Assembly: GCA_035652395.1 (NCBI GenBank)
Contig: DASRDX010000012.1
Location: forward strand, 96,778-160,777
Reading direction: 5' to 3'
DNA length: 64,000 nucleotides
DNA from: Minisyncoccota bacterium
GTDB lineage: Bacteria; Patescibacteriota; Minisyncoccia; Phycocordibacterales; CAJBRS01
The position numbers and the translations under genes were made by a program. Below the pieces are notes generated by a model that searched no databases, was not told the DNA's origin, and saw nothing but the letters and a program-made list of their open reading frames with translations. This document shows positions 55,836 through 64,000 of this stretch, piece by piece (position 1 is the stretch's first letter; each line of letters opens with the position of its first letter).

Positions 55836-57176
55836 ATGTTATCTCCACGCAGTATCGTCTATAGCGGCATTTTTCTCACGGAAGATTCAAGAAAAATTCT
55901 TTTAGAAAAAATACGGCCTCTATACGAAAATATTTTTGCTCATCATGTTACGGTCAAATATCGTCCCAACAGCGAGGAGATTTTTAATTTTCAGCCTGGA
56001 AAAGAATATGAACTGGAAATTGTCGGGGTTGCTTCTGACGGGAAAAGTCAGGCGGCGGTAATAAAAGGTTTTAAGACGGAAAGTGAGGTCACTCACGTCA
56101 CCATTTCAACTTTGGGGGAGACAAAGCCAAATTACTCAAAAGATCTTCTAAAGTCTGCCAAGATTGAAAATTTAAAACCGTTTAAAATAAAAGGGAAATA
56201 CGGCTTTTTTTGTGACGGACCATATTTTTTTGAATTCCCGACGTTTAATATTTCCACTGTTCAAATTCCTACCCGGCCGCAGCCCGATACAATTATCGCC
56301 CTGTTTCTTTTAAATGAATATGCTTCTTCTATTTTTCAAGGTATAGATTCGGCCGAGATTAAGTGTAATCCAATCTTTCCTAAGGATGAGACCTTTGAAA
56401 GCTTGCTTCAAAAAGGAATACTGACTATTGATTTTGAACAAAGCATATTCGATCATCATAATAAAGATTTTTCTACAGCTTCTGAAAGTGTTGCCGAGTG
56501 GTGCAATATCAGAAAAAATAAAGAGATTCAAAAACTTTTGGAATTTGCCAAACGCTCGGAAGAAGGTAAGGGGACTATTTCATCGGACGCTATTGATAAA
56601 ATGTTTGGTTTAGATGGCTTGATTATGGCCTTAAATCGCGTTCACTTTGCTGATCCAAAAGAAGTTTTTAGAATCGTGGAACCTATTTTAGCCGGTCATC
56701 TGAGGGATATAACTGAAAAATTAATTAATACCCCTGTGGTCTGGGCTGAATTACTAACCAATGGAAAAGGTAAAATAATTAAATGCCATACAAACATTGG
56801 TAATTCAAAAATTGCTTTTGCTGAGTCTGATAGTCAGAACTTGCCAGGGTTTTTACGGTCATACCAAGGCGAAAGATGTGACTTATTCGTTCAAAAACTC
56901 AGCTCTGGTCATATAAATATATTAAGCAAAGCCAACAATAACCTTGATCTATCCAAACTTGCCGGGATCATTAGACAAGCGGAAGCCTTAATACAAAAAC
57001 GACCAATCAATTCTGCAGATTTAAGACAGGCCGGCCGCCTTCCGGAAATTCCTGAATGGTATTATGACAAAATTACGAATTCTATTCTGAATGGTGGAAG
57101 AAACGTCGGAGATGTTAAACCAACTAGTATTTCATGGGGAAGTTTCGAAGCTCTAATTAAAAAATCTTTTGAATAG
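55836..57176 (+). CDS. fusion of a 2H phosphoesterase and a DHH/MYG1-like domain
   Basis: Two HxT motifs (HHVTV, THVTI) in the N-terminal ~125 aa; then P.PD...A.FLL, ID...FDHH; start at ATG 55836, 7 nt after TATAAT. Confidence 0.65.
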   Translation: MLSPRSIVYSGIFLTEDSRKILLEKIRPLYENIFAHHVTVKYRPNSEEIFNFQPGKEYELEIVGVASDGKSQAAVIKGFKTESEVTHVTISTLGETKPNYSKDLLKSAKIENLKPFKIKGKYGFFCDGPYFFEFPTFNISTVQIPTRPQPDTIIALFLLNEYASSIFQGIDSAEIKCNPIFPKDETFESLLQKGILTIDFEQSIFDHHNKDFSTASESVAEWCNIRKNKEIQKLLEFAKRSEEGKGTISSDAIDKMFGLDGLIMALNRVHFADPKEVFRIVEPILAGHLRDITEKLINTPVVWAELLTNGKGKIIKCHTNIGNSKIAFAESDSQNLPGFLRSYQGERCDLFVQKLSSGHINILSKANNNLDLSKLAGIIRQAEALIQKRPINSADLRQAGRLPEIPEWYYDKITNSILNGGRNVGDVKPTSISWGSFEALIKKSFE

Positions 57177-57470
57177 ATGTTTCAGAAAAACAAAGAAGAT
57201 TTTATTTGTGAGAAGTGCGGGCATGAAGTGAAAGGGACGGGATACACCAATCATTGTCCGAAATGCTTATGGAGCAAGCATGTGGATATTAATCCCGGGG
57301 ATCGTCTGAGTGAATGTGGAGGGATGATGGAGCCGGTACGGGTGGAGGGACGCACCGGCTCTTATGATTTTGTCCACCGATGTTTACGCTGTGGCTACGA
57401 AAAGAGAAACAAGGTTTCGCCCGAAGACGACTTTCAGAAAGTGATTGAAATTTCTAGGAAGGCTGATTAA
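57177..57470 (+). CDS. RNHCP-domain Zn-binding protein
   Basis: F.CEKCG..V....YTNHCPKCLWSKHVD..PGDR...CGG.M.P. Confidence 0.92.
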   Translation: MFQKNKEDFICEKCGHEVKGTGYTNHCPKCLWSKHVDINPGDRLSECGGMMEPVRVEGRTGSYDFVHRCLRCGYEKRNKVSPEDDFQKVIEISRKAD

Positions 57471-58735
57471 TGAGGTAGATAGTTAAACAAAGTGGATTCA
57501 GAATTTTTAAAATTATTTACCAAAGTGGCAATGTCGCGGTTTAAAAAGGAACTCAAGGTGTATCCAGTATGAGTTTTTAAGTCGACATTAATGTAATTGA
57601 GAGTAATGGCCTGAATATCCTGCTCTGAAGTATTACTGTTGTCTGGAACGGTGGTGGCGATCAGAGCAATCATTTGGCCGGCTTGATTGAGGATGCCCCC
57701 ACCAGAAGCTCCACGTTCAGCTAGAGAACTAGCTGTTGTTCTAATTAGATCTTTGCTGTTAGTGCCGGTGAAGGTGTAAGCGTCGATAACATTCATCAGG
57801 GCTGTTTGAATGGGTAGATTTTTCATAACGGTGGTGCCGGAAAAACTACTAGCTGGATAACCAACTCCTAAAATGGAGGTATTAGGTGAAAGGGAATTAA
57901 TAGATGTATCTAAAGAAAGATACGGAAAACTCCCGGGAACACTTCCGCCATTTATACCCGCCGTGACTGCTACTAAAGCGTAATCGCCAGCGCCGGTTTC
58001 TTGCGGCTGGTTCGCATTATTAATATTTGCTCCGTATTGGCGAAGCCATTCCTCTGAAATATGTACAAGAGACGCTTTGTATTGAGCCACGGCTGGAGAG
58101 CCACGACGAATAACACATTGTTTATTGGGATCCTGAAAATAATCGTCTAGGAGAAGGTGATCGGCCACATGAGCATTCGTTAAAATGATGCCTTTGGGAT
58201 CAATTATGACGCCACTGCCAGTCAGTATTTCAATAAGATTGCCGGATTGGCTGGTGCAATAAATATTGACGATGGCGGCCCGAGCCTTTTCATCCAGACT
58301 GGCATTGGCAGGAGGAGTTTGTGGTGGCGTAGCTGGAACTTGAGAAGGGAACGAAGAGGAGGCGGGTTGAATTGGAATGTTTGGAATGACTGGCACCGGA
58401 TTTGGGGCCGGAGTTTGAATGACTGGAATCTTTGGAGCGATCGGAGATTCAGTTTTGGGAACGGAAATTTTAGGAAAGGCCGGGACTTGAATAGCCAAAG
58501 TTGGCAACTTTTCTTTTTTGGTGGAAGTACTGGTGTTTGAAGGCCGGGTGCTCGAAGCATTAACACTAACAGCTGTTGGTACCAGAGGAGCGTAAGTAGA
58601 AAAAGAAGTAGTGGCCAATCGTTGTTCAAGACCGGGCAAACTGACTGACTTGTGAGTGGGTGGAGTGGTATAAGGAAAACCCAAAAAAGAACCGATTGAA
58701 AGAAGAATGGCGATGAGGGGAGAGAGAGGGTTCAT
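57467..58735 (-). CDS. membrane-anchored trypsin-like serine protease with Pro-rich linker
   Basis: GSGVII, LTNAHVA (His), DYAL (Asp), GASGG (Ser). Confidence 0.85.
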   Translation of the reverse strand: MNPLSPLIAILLSIGSFLGFPYTTPPTHKSVSLPGLEQRLATTSFSTYAPLVPTAVSVNASSTRPSNTSTSTKKEKLPTLAIQVPAFPKISVPKTESPIAPKIPVIQTPAPNPVPVIPNIPIQPASSSFPSQVPATPPQTPPANASLDEKARAAIVNIYCTSQSGNLIEILTGSGVIIDPKGIILTNAHVADHLLLDDYFQDPNKQCVIRRGSPAVAQYKASLVHISEEWLRQYGANINNANQPQETGAGDYALVAVTAGINGGSVPGSFPYLSLDTSINSLSPNTSILGVGYPASSFSGTTVMKNLPIQTALMNVIDAYTFTGTNSKDLIRTTASSLAERGASGGGILNQAGQMIALIATTVPDNSNTSEQDIQAITLNYINVDLKTHTGYTLSSFLNRDIATLVNNFKNSESTLFNYLPH

Positions 58736-58857
58736 TGATGGTTGTTGAAATTATAAACACAATTGCCCGCATATACCAGATTTGCTAGGATAATTCTACT
58801 CTAAGGAGCTCCGAACTCGAAGGTTCGGAGAATGTGAGATGTTTTAACTCGTGTTAA

Positions 58858-58928
58858 GCGGGATTAGTTTATTGGTAAAACATCAGTTTTCCAAACTGAG
58901 GTGGGGAGTTCGATTCTCCCATCCCGCA
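58858..58928 (+). tRNA. tRNA-Gly(UCC)
   Basis: GCGGGAT/ATCCCGC; TCAGT-TTTCCAA-ACTGA; GGGAG-TTCGATT-CTCCC. Confidence 0.93.
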
Positions 58929-59020
58929 CTTTAAAACAAAAGGCTGGCGCTTCGCGCCGGCCTTTTGTTTAGTGAGACGAAACTGTAATTTGTCCAAAAG
59001 TTCTACCGATTTTTGGACAC

Positions 59021-59293
59021 CTATTTGACTGCGTCTTTCAGAGCTTTAGCTGCTCTGAATTTTGGTACTCGCATAGCGGCTACCTGGATAGATTCGCCGG
59101 TGCGAGGGTTGCGAGCGGTTCTAGCTGCTCGTTGTTTAGCTACGAAAATACCAAGGCCGGAGATTGAAACTTCTTCTCCTTTCTTGAGAGTGTTGACGAT
59201 TGAGTCGATGACAGTATCCATTACTTTTTCAGCCTGAACTCGAGTCCCCCCGAGCACCTGCTGAATAGCTTCTACAATTCCTGCTTTATTCAT
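59021..59293 (-). CDS. hup: HU DNA-binding protein
   Basis: MNKA..., GLGIF, R.ARTARNPRTGE, PKFRA.K.LKDAV. Confidence 0.96.
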   Translation of the reverse strand: MNKAGIVEAIQQVLGGTRVQAEKVMDTVIDSIVNTLKKGEEVSISGLGIFVAKQRAARTARNPRTGESIQVAAMRVPKFRAAKALKDAVK

Positions 59294-59484
59294 TTGAGTG
59301 TTTTTGGCTAATAAATTTAGCTCGACCACTTTTAAACCTATCCATAACTACGAAAATTATTATATATTAGGCCATTTTTTAGGCAAGCGGAGTAAATATT
59401 TGAAGAAGTGTTAAAAAAAGGGCGGCCGCAAAGCGGCCGCCCTTTTTATTCCCGTCAATAGTTATGTCAATACTCCTCTTACCA

Positions 59485-61017
59485 CTACCTAGCAAACTCT
59501 ACTGCCCGATTTTCCCTAATAACCGTTACCTTAATCTCCCCCGGATATTTCAACTCCTCTTCAATTCGTTTGGCAATATCCTGTGCCATTTTCTGAGCTT
59601 CCAGATCGGAGACCTCGGTCGGAGTAACAAAGATTCGAATCTCACGGCCGGCCTGCAAAGCATAAGATTTCTCCACACCCTTGAAACCGGTGGCAATCGC
59701 TTCCAAATCTCCCAAGCGCTTCAAATAATGTTCCATGGTGTCTCGGCGGGCGCCCGGTCGTCCCCCGGAAATAGAGTCGGCTGTCTGAACAATGATAGAT
59801 TCAATAGTTTCGTAAGGATATTCCTCGTGATGTGCCTGCATGGCCTTAATTACTTCTTCTGGAGCTCCGAATTTCTGGAGAATGCGTCGGCCGATTTCCA
59901 CGTGCGTGCCGGCCACCTCATGATCTACTGCCTTACCAATGTCGTGAAGCAGCGCTCCGGCTTTAGCTACTTGGACATTGGCACCCAATTCTTCCGCCAA
60001 CATGCCGGCAATGTGAGCCATTTCAATTGAATGCTGCAGAACGTTCTGACCGTAACTGGTTCGGAAATACAGGCGTCCCAAAATGGAAACAATTCTCGGA
60101 TCAAGATTGAAAACGCCTGTTTCATAAACTGCGTGCTCTCCTTTTTCCTTGATGATTTTATTTATTTCCTGTTTAGCTTTCTCTACCTCCTTTTCAATTT
60201 TAGCCGGCTGAATACGCCCATCTAAAATAAGATTTTCCAGAGCCAGTCGAGCAATCTGACGACGAACCGGATCGAAGGAAGAGATAGTAATAGAGCCCGG
60301 AGTATCGTCAACGATAATTTCTACTCCCGTTTCTCGCTCGAAAGCCTTGATGTTCCGGCCTTCTTTGCCGATAATCTTTCCCTTAATTTCGTCGGAAGGA
60401 ATGTCAACGTTCGTAGTGAAAAGATCGGCCGAGACGGAAGTAGCCAATCGCTGAATAGTCGTGGATAGAATATCTTTGGCTCGCTGTTCCAGTTTTTCTT
60501 GGCCGAATGTTTCCATCTTCTTCATTCGGGAGAGAATCTCTTCCTCATATTTTTTCTCGACACTCTGGAGAAGTTGCTCTTTAGCTTCTTCCTGTCCAAG
60601 CCGAGAGATTTTTTCCAATTCAGTGCGCTTCTGACTCTCCAAACTATCCACTCTTTCCTTAATCTCTTTTACTTCAGCAATTTTACTCTTAATATTTTCC
60701 ACCTCGTGGTCGATATCGGTCTGGCGAGTATCCAATAGCTCCTCCTTCTTGATTAAGCGGTCCTCAGTCTTCTTTAATTTATCTTCTTTCTCTTTAATTT
60801 CTTCGCGAATCTGCTTTAAAGTGCCCGCCGCTTCTTCTTCGGCGGCCAAAGTAATTCGCTTAGCTTCCTCTTTGGCATCAAGCATCATTTGCTTGATCTG
60901 AAGTTCCATTGAACCTTTTTTCCCCAAAGAAACCAGCACTCGAAGAAAATAACCGACAACTAAAGCCACCACTCCGGTGGAAGCTAGCATTAGAAACAAT
61001 ATTTTTAATGAAATCAT
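59485..61017 (-). CDS. rny: ribonuclease Y
   Basis: N-terminal TM, coiled coil, KGKIIGKEGRNI KH domain, LLHDIGK HD domain, QAGREIR. Confidence 0.97.
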   Translation of the reverse strand: MISLKILFLMLASTGVVALVVGYFLRVLVSLGKKGSMELQIKQMMLDAKEEAKRITLAAEEEAAGTLKQIREEIKEKEDKLKKTEDRLIKKEELLDTRQTDIDHEVENIKSKIAEVKEIKERVDSLESQKRTELEKISRLGQEEAKEQLLQSVEKKYEEEILSRMKKMETFGQEKLEQRAKDILSTTIQRLATSVSADLFTTNVDIPSDEIKGKIIGKEGRNIKAFERETGVEIIVDDTPGSITISSFDPVRRQIARLALENLILDGRIQPAKIEKEVEKAKQEINKIIKEKGEHAVYETGVFNLDPRIVSILGRLYFRTSYGQNVLQHSIEMAHIAGMLAEELGANVQVAKAGALLHDIGKAVDHEVAGTHVEIGRRILQKFGAPEEVIKAMQAHHEEYPYETIESIIVQTADSISGGRPGARRDTMEHYLKRLGDLEAIATGFKGVEKSYALQAGREIRIFVTPTEVSDLEAQKMAQDIAKRIEEELKYPGEIKVTVIRENRAVEFAR

Positions 61018-61020
61018 GGC

Positions 61021-61170
61021 GAAATTGATTTCGCCTTAGGCGCCCAAAAAACTTATGAGACTAGATATTCAATTCTTAAGGATTTTAACATTTGAATAAA
61101 AGTGAAGAGTCGGTGCGGAATCAAGGTCATCTGTGGCGGTCTAAAACAAAATCGAAATTTAAATTTTAAT
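61021..61170 (-). ncRNA. candidate 6S-like RNA / structured rny leader
   Basis: Promoter TGGACA-17-TATATT; rod-like fold with G-U-rich closing stem, central bubble and apical hairpin. Confidence 0.5.
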
Positions 61171-61215
61171 GAAATCAATATACATCATTCGTTACAGATT
61201 GTCCACGTAGAGTTG

Positions 61216-61244
61216 TTGACACTGAATATGAAAGATGTTATAAT
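61216..61244 (+). promoter_or_regulatory. perfect consensus sigma70 promoter with no annotated gene
   Basis: TTGACA-17-TATAAT with extended TG. Confidence 0.8.
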
Positions 61245-61346
61245 CAATAAAACATTCACATTAGAAAAAATGTAGCCGATTACAAACGGGAACCCAGAGG
61301 GAAATGGCAAGTACCGTCAATTCTTCGGTGATGAGGTTCTTTGTAT

Positions 61347-61376
61347 AGAGCCCCTCATATTTTTATGAGGGGCTCT
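61347..61376. terminator. bidirectional terminator (clpP / small + transcript)
   Basis: AGAGCCCCTCATA-TTTT-TATGAGGGGCTCT. Confidence 0.8.
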
Positions 61377-61380
61377 TTGC

Positions 61381-61953
61381 TTAATTCAAAACCTTATCAA
61401 TAATGCCGTATTTCTTGGCTTCCTCGGCGTTCATCCAGAAATTTCGGTCAACGTCCTTTTCAATCTTGCTCAAAGGCTGACCCGTATTTTTAGCCAGCAT
61501 TTTATTTAGAATTTCCCGATTTTTCAGAATTTGTTTGGCCGTAATTTCAATGTCCGAGGCCTGACCTTCCACGCCACCGGACGGCTGATGAATCATGATT
61601 TCGGAATTAGGCAAAGTAAATCGTTTGCCCTTCTTGCCGGCAGATAGAATCATTGCTCCCATGGAAGCGGCTACGCCGACGCAAATCGTAGAGATATCAT
61701 TCTTAACATGATTCATCGTATCAATAATGGCCATACCGGCTGTCACCATGCCACCCGGGGAATTAACATAAAGATTGATATCTTTTTTCGGATCTTCCGA
61801 TTGCAGAAATAAAAGCTGGGCAATAACAATATTAGCCACATTATCATCAATTGGGCCGCCCAAAAAAATAATATTTTCGCGCAAAAGGCGAGAGTAAATA
61901 TCGTAAGCGCGTTCGCCGAATTGGGATTTTTCAATAACTGTTGGAATAAGCAT
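61381..61953 (-). CDS. clpP: ATP-dependent Clp protease proteolytic subunit
   Basis: [24 protein letters not shown]. Confidence 0.98.
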   Translation of the reverse strand: MLIPTVIEKSQFGERAYDIYSRLLRENIIFLGGPIDDNVANIVIAQLLFLQSEDPKKDINLYVNSPGGMVTAGMAIIDTMNHVKNDISTICVGVAASMGAMILSAGKKGKRFTLPNSEIMIHQPSGGVEGQASDIEITAKQILKNREILNKMLAKNTGQPLSKIEKDVDRNFWMNAEEAKKYGIIDKVLN

Positions 61954-62064
61954 ATTTGAGTTGAAGGTTAAAGGTTAAAAGTTAAAGATAATAATGCGGT
62001 GAGTATAGCAGATGGTATTTAGGGGGCAAGTAGCGAGCGGCCAGAAATTCTCTATACTATTAGT

Positions 62065-62781
62065 ATGAGATTACATCGATTCCTGCTCACTGAGGAGATA
62101 GCCGATCGCAAAGAGGTAATTATTTCCGATTCAGACCTAATTCATCAATGGCGGCAGGTTTTTCGGTTTACAGTAGGCACTCAGCTTATTCTTTTTGACA
62201 ACTCCGGATTTGAATATCTTGGCTTAATTTCTAAGCTTTCCCACCTTGGGGCAGTCGTTCGAATTTTGAATAAAGAAGATAGAAGCACCTCGTTACCTGA
62301 AGTTTGCCTTTTCGCCGCTCTGATAAAGAAGGATAATTTTGAGTGGATTATTGAAAAAACCACAGAATTGGGAGTTTCACAGATTGTGCCTATTATTTCT
62401 GATCGAAGCGAGAAGAAAGGTTTGAATATGATACGAGCTAAGAAAATCATCAAAGAAGCTAGTGAGCAATCTGGAAGGGTGAAGTTAACCAGGTTGAATG
62501 AGCCCACCGATTTGGAGGAGTTGCTGAAGAGTTTAGATAAAGGAGATGAAGAGAAGGTGAAGATTTTCTCAATTGATCCCAAAGGAAAACCTTTTGATGA
62601 AAAGATCTCGGCAAAGATTGCGAGAGAAGTCGGAGTGTTTGTCGGACCGGAAGGAGGCTGGACGGAAAGGGAACTGGAATTATTTAAACGCAAAAGGATT
62701 CCGATTTACAGTCTCGGCTCTCAAATCCTCCGAGCCGAGACTGCCGCCGTGGCAATTGCGTCGCTTCTCCTCCTGAAATAA
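62065..62781 (+). CDS. rsmE: 16S rRNA m3U1498 methyltransferase RsmE
   Basis: EKTTELG, EASEQSGR, VGPEGG, LG..ILRAETA. Confidence 0.96.
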   Translation: MRLHRFLLTEEIADRKEVIISDSDLIHQWRQVFRFTVGTQLILFDNSGFEYLGLISKLSHLGAVVRILNKEDRSTSLPEVCLFAALIKKDNFEWIIEKTTELGVSQIVPIISDRSEKKGLNMIRAKKIIKEASEQSGRVKLTRLNEPTDLEELLKSLDKGDEEKVKIFSIDPKGKPFDEKISAKIAREVGVFVGPEGGWTERELELFKRKRIPIYSLGSQILRAETAAVAIASLLLLK

Positions 62782-62783
62782 AT

Positions 62784-62957
62784 ATGAGTTCAAAACCTTT
62801 AATCTGGATCGGAATGTTTATTGGTTCAACTATCGGCGGATTTATTCCGAGTCTTTGGGGCGCCGGCTTTTTCTCCTTTTCATCAATAATCTTGACTACC
62901 GTCGGAGGAATTTTCGGGATCTGGGTCGCTTTTAAAATCAGCAACAATTATTTTTGA
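62784..62957 (+). CDS. 57-aa two-helix membrane microprotein (not in ORF track)
   Basis: MSSKPLIWIGMFIGSTIGGFIPSLWGAGFFSFSSIILTTVGGIFGIWVAFKISNNYF*, 2 nt after rsmE. Confidence 0.75.
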   Translation: MSSKPLIWIGMFIGSTIGGFIPSLWGAGFFSFSSIILTTVGGIFGIWVAFKISNNYF

Positions 62958-63961
62958 CTCTCCAGAAACTGCCAAACTTTTTCATTAGTGAGAATTTGTT
63001 CAACGTAAAGACGGGCTCGCATCGGATCGGCGTCTTTATGATGGGACAGAATATGTTCCATTTCCTGTTCAACCGCTTTTTTGTCGGCTTCAATTTTTTC
63101 TTCCAAGGCAATCTTGGCTAAGATCAATTCCATTTTCACTCTCTTAATGGCATCATCTTTCCATTCATCTTTTACATCGGCTTCAGTTTTGCCGATTTGT
63201 TTAAAATAATCTTCCGGTTTTAGGCCCATGCCAGAAATATTGCCTTTAAATTGAGCCAGCATCTTTTCTTTTTCGCTTTCAATCAAGACTTCGGGAATTT
63301 CCACCTTTGTTTTGTCAATGATCTTGTCAAGGAGGGTCAATCGTTCTTTCTCTCGCAGGCGCAATTCTTTTTCCAGTTGTAAATTTTCTCGTAATTTAGT
63401 TTTGAAATCTTCCACATTTTTGAAATCGCCAAAACTTTTTACCAATTCGTCGGTCAACTCCGGAGTCGGATCCGTTTCAGTTTTTCGCCGACTCTCTCGA
63501 GCTCGAGTCAAAGTTTCTTCAAATTCCTGATCAGTCACCTCGGCTTTTTCGGCCGTCTTCATGGCTTCTTTGGCTATTTTTTTATAATCCGGCAGCGAGA
63601 ATTCCGGCAGGACGGCCAGGGTGATTTTAAAAACAACGGGATTTTTAGCCGCCAGTGTGGGGATGGCAATTTGGGGACGCCCGACCGGATTAACCTTGGC
63701 CTCGGTGAGAATTTTTAAATAAAGATTTTCTAGGGCGAGCGAGGCCGACTCTTCCAATAGGCCGAGCTCGCCGACTCGCTCAATTAAGACTTTTTCCGGA
63801 ATATGCCCCTCGCGAAAGCCGTCAATCTTAAGACGGCTATTGAGGTTTTTCACCGCCTCTTTTCGGTAGCTTTCCACTACTTCTTCCGGAATTTCCGCTT
63901 CAATCTCAACTTGAGAATGAGGAAGAGGCGCAATCTTTAAGATTTTAAAATTTTGGTTCAT
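62948..63961 (-). CDS. tig: trigger factor lacking the FKBP PPIase domain
   Basis: IDGFREGHIP ribosome-binding loop; 337 aa; adjacent to clpP region. Confidence 0.9.
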   Translation of the reverse strand: MNQNFKILKIAPLPHSQVEIEAEIPEEVVESYRKEAVKNLNSRLKIDGFREGHIPEKVLIERVGELGLLEESASLALENLYLKILTEAKVNPVGRPQIAIPTLAAKNPVVFKITLAVLPEFSLPDYKKIAKEAMKTAEKAEVTDQEFEETLTRARESRRKTETDPTPELTDELVKSFGDFKNVEDFKTKLRENLQLEKELRLREKERLTLLDKIIDKTKVEIPEVLIESEKEKMLAQFKGNISGMGLKPEDYFKQIGKTEADVKDEWKDDAIKRVKMELILAKIALEEKIEADKKAVEQEMEHILSHHKDADPMRARLYVEQILTNEKVWQFLESQK

Positions 63962-64000
63962 ATTAATTAGAGAAATTAACTGGAAGTGGCGCTAACCTGA

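Noticed and set aside
59464-62693. Long antisense ORFs 59464..60030 and 62181..62693
   Set aside because: Shadows of rny and rsmE with no recognisable motifs
1-64000. CRISPR array, rRNA, IS transposase or UGA recoding
   Set aside because: No regularly spaced repeats, rRNA motifs or transposase ORFs seen; long conserved genes are intact under code 11 and TGA serves as a stop (e.g. 30005..31903)

Overview
64-kb core-chromosome window, most likely from a Patescibacteria (CPR, Parcubacteria-like) genome using genetic code 11. That call is an inference from a short HolA, a short YebC, a trigger factor lacking the PPIase domain, the rpsO-NYN-pnp order and a CPR-type T4SS cluster. The window spans the origin region (dnaN-oriC-dnaA-rpmH-rnpA-yidC). 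It carries replication, repair, RNA-processing and proteostasis genes and five tRNAs. A ~17-kb envelope island (20.0-37.1 kb) holds a PrgI/VirB4/VirB6-like/pilin cluster facing three secreted peptidoglycan-binding proteins; the pilin is fused to a GH75-like hydrolase domain. Several signals are not explained by the ORF track: (i) promoter-driven orphan structured RNAs at 7.5-7.8, 50.6-50.9, 53.8-54.0 and 61.0-61.4 kb, including a 6S-like rod upstream of rny; (ii) tRNA trailers carrying antisense copies of their own T-arm; (iii) a locus at 50.4-53.6 kb combining parS-like sites, DnaA boxes and a repeated TGTCCTTT motif; (iv) a 51-aa hyperacidic microprotein; (v) a 2H-phosphoesterase/DHH fusion near MYG1; (vi) pervasive leaderless gene starts; (vii) GC-rich triloop palindromes. 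All calls come from reading the sequence; no searches or folding programs were run.
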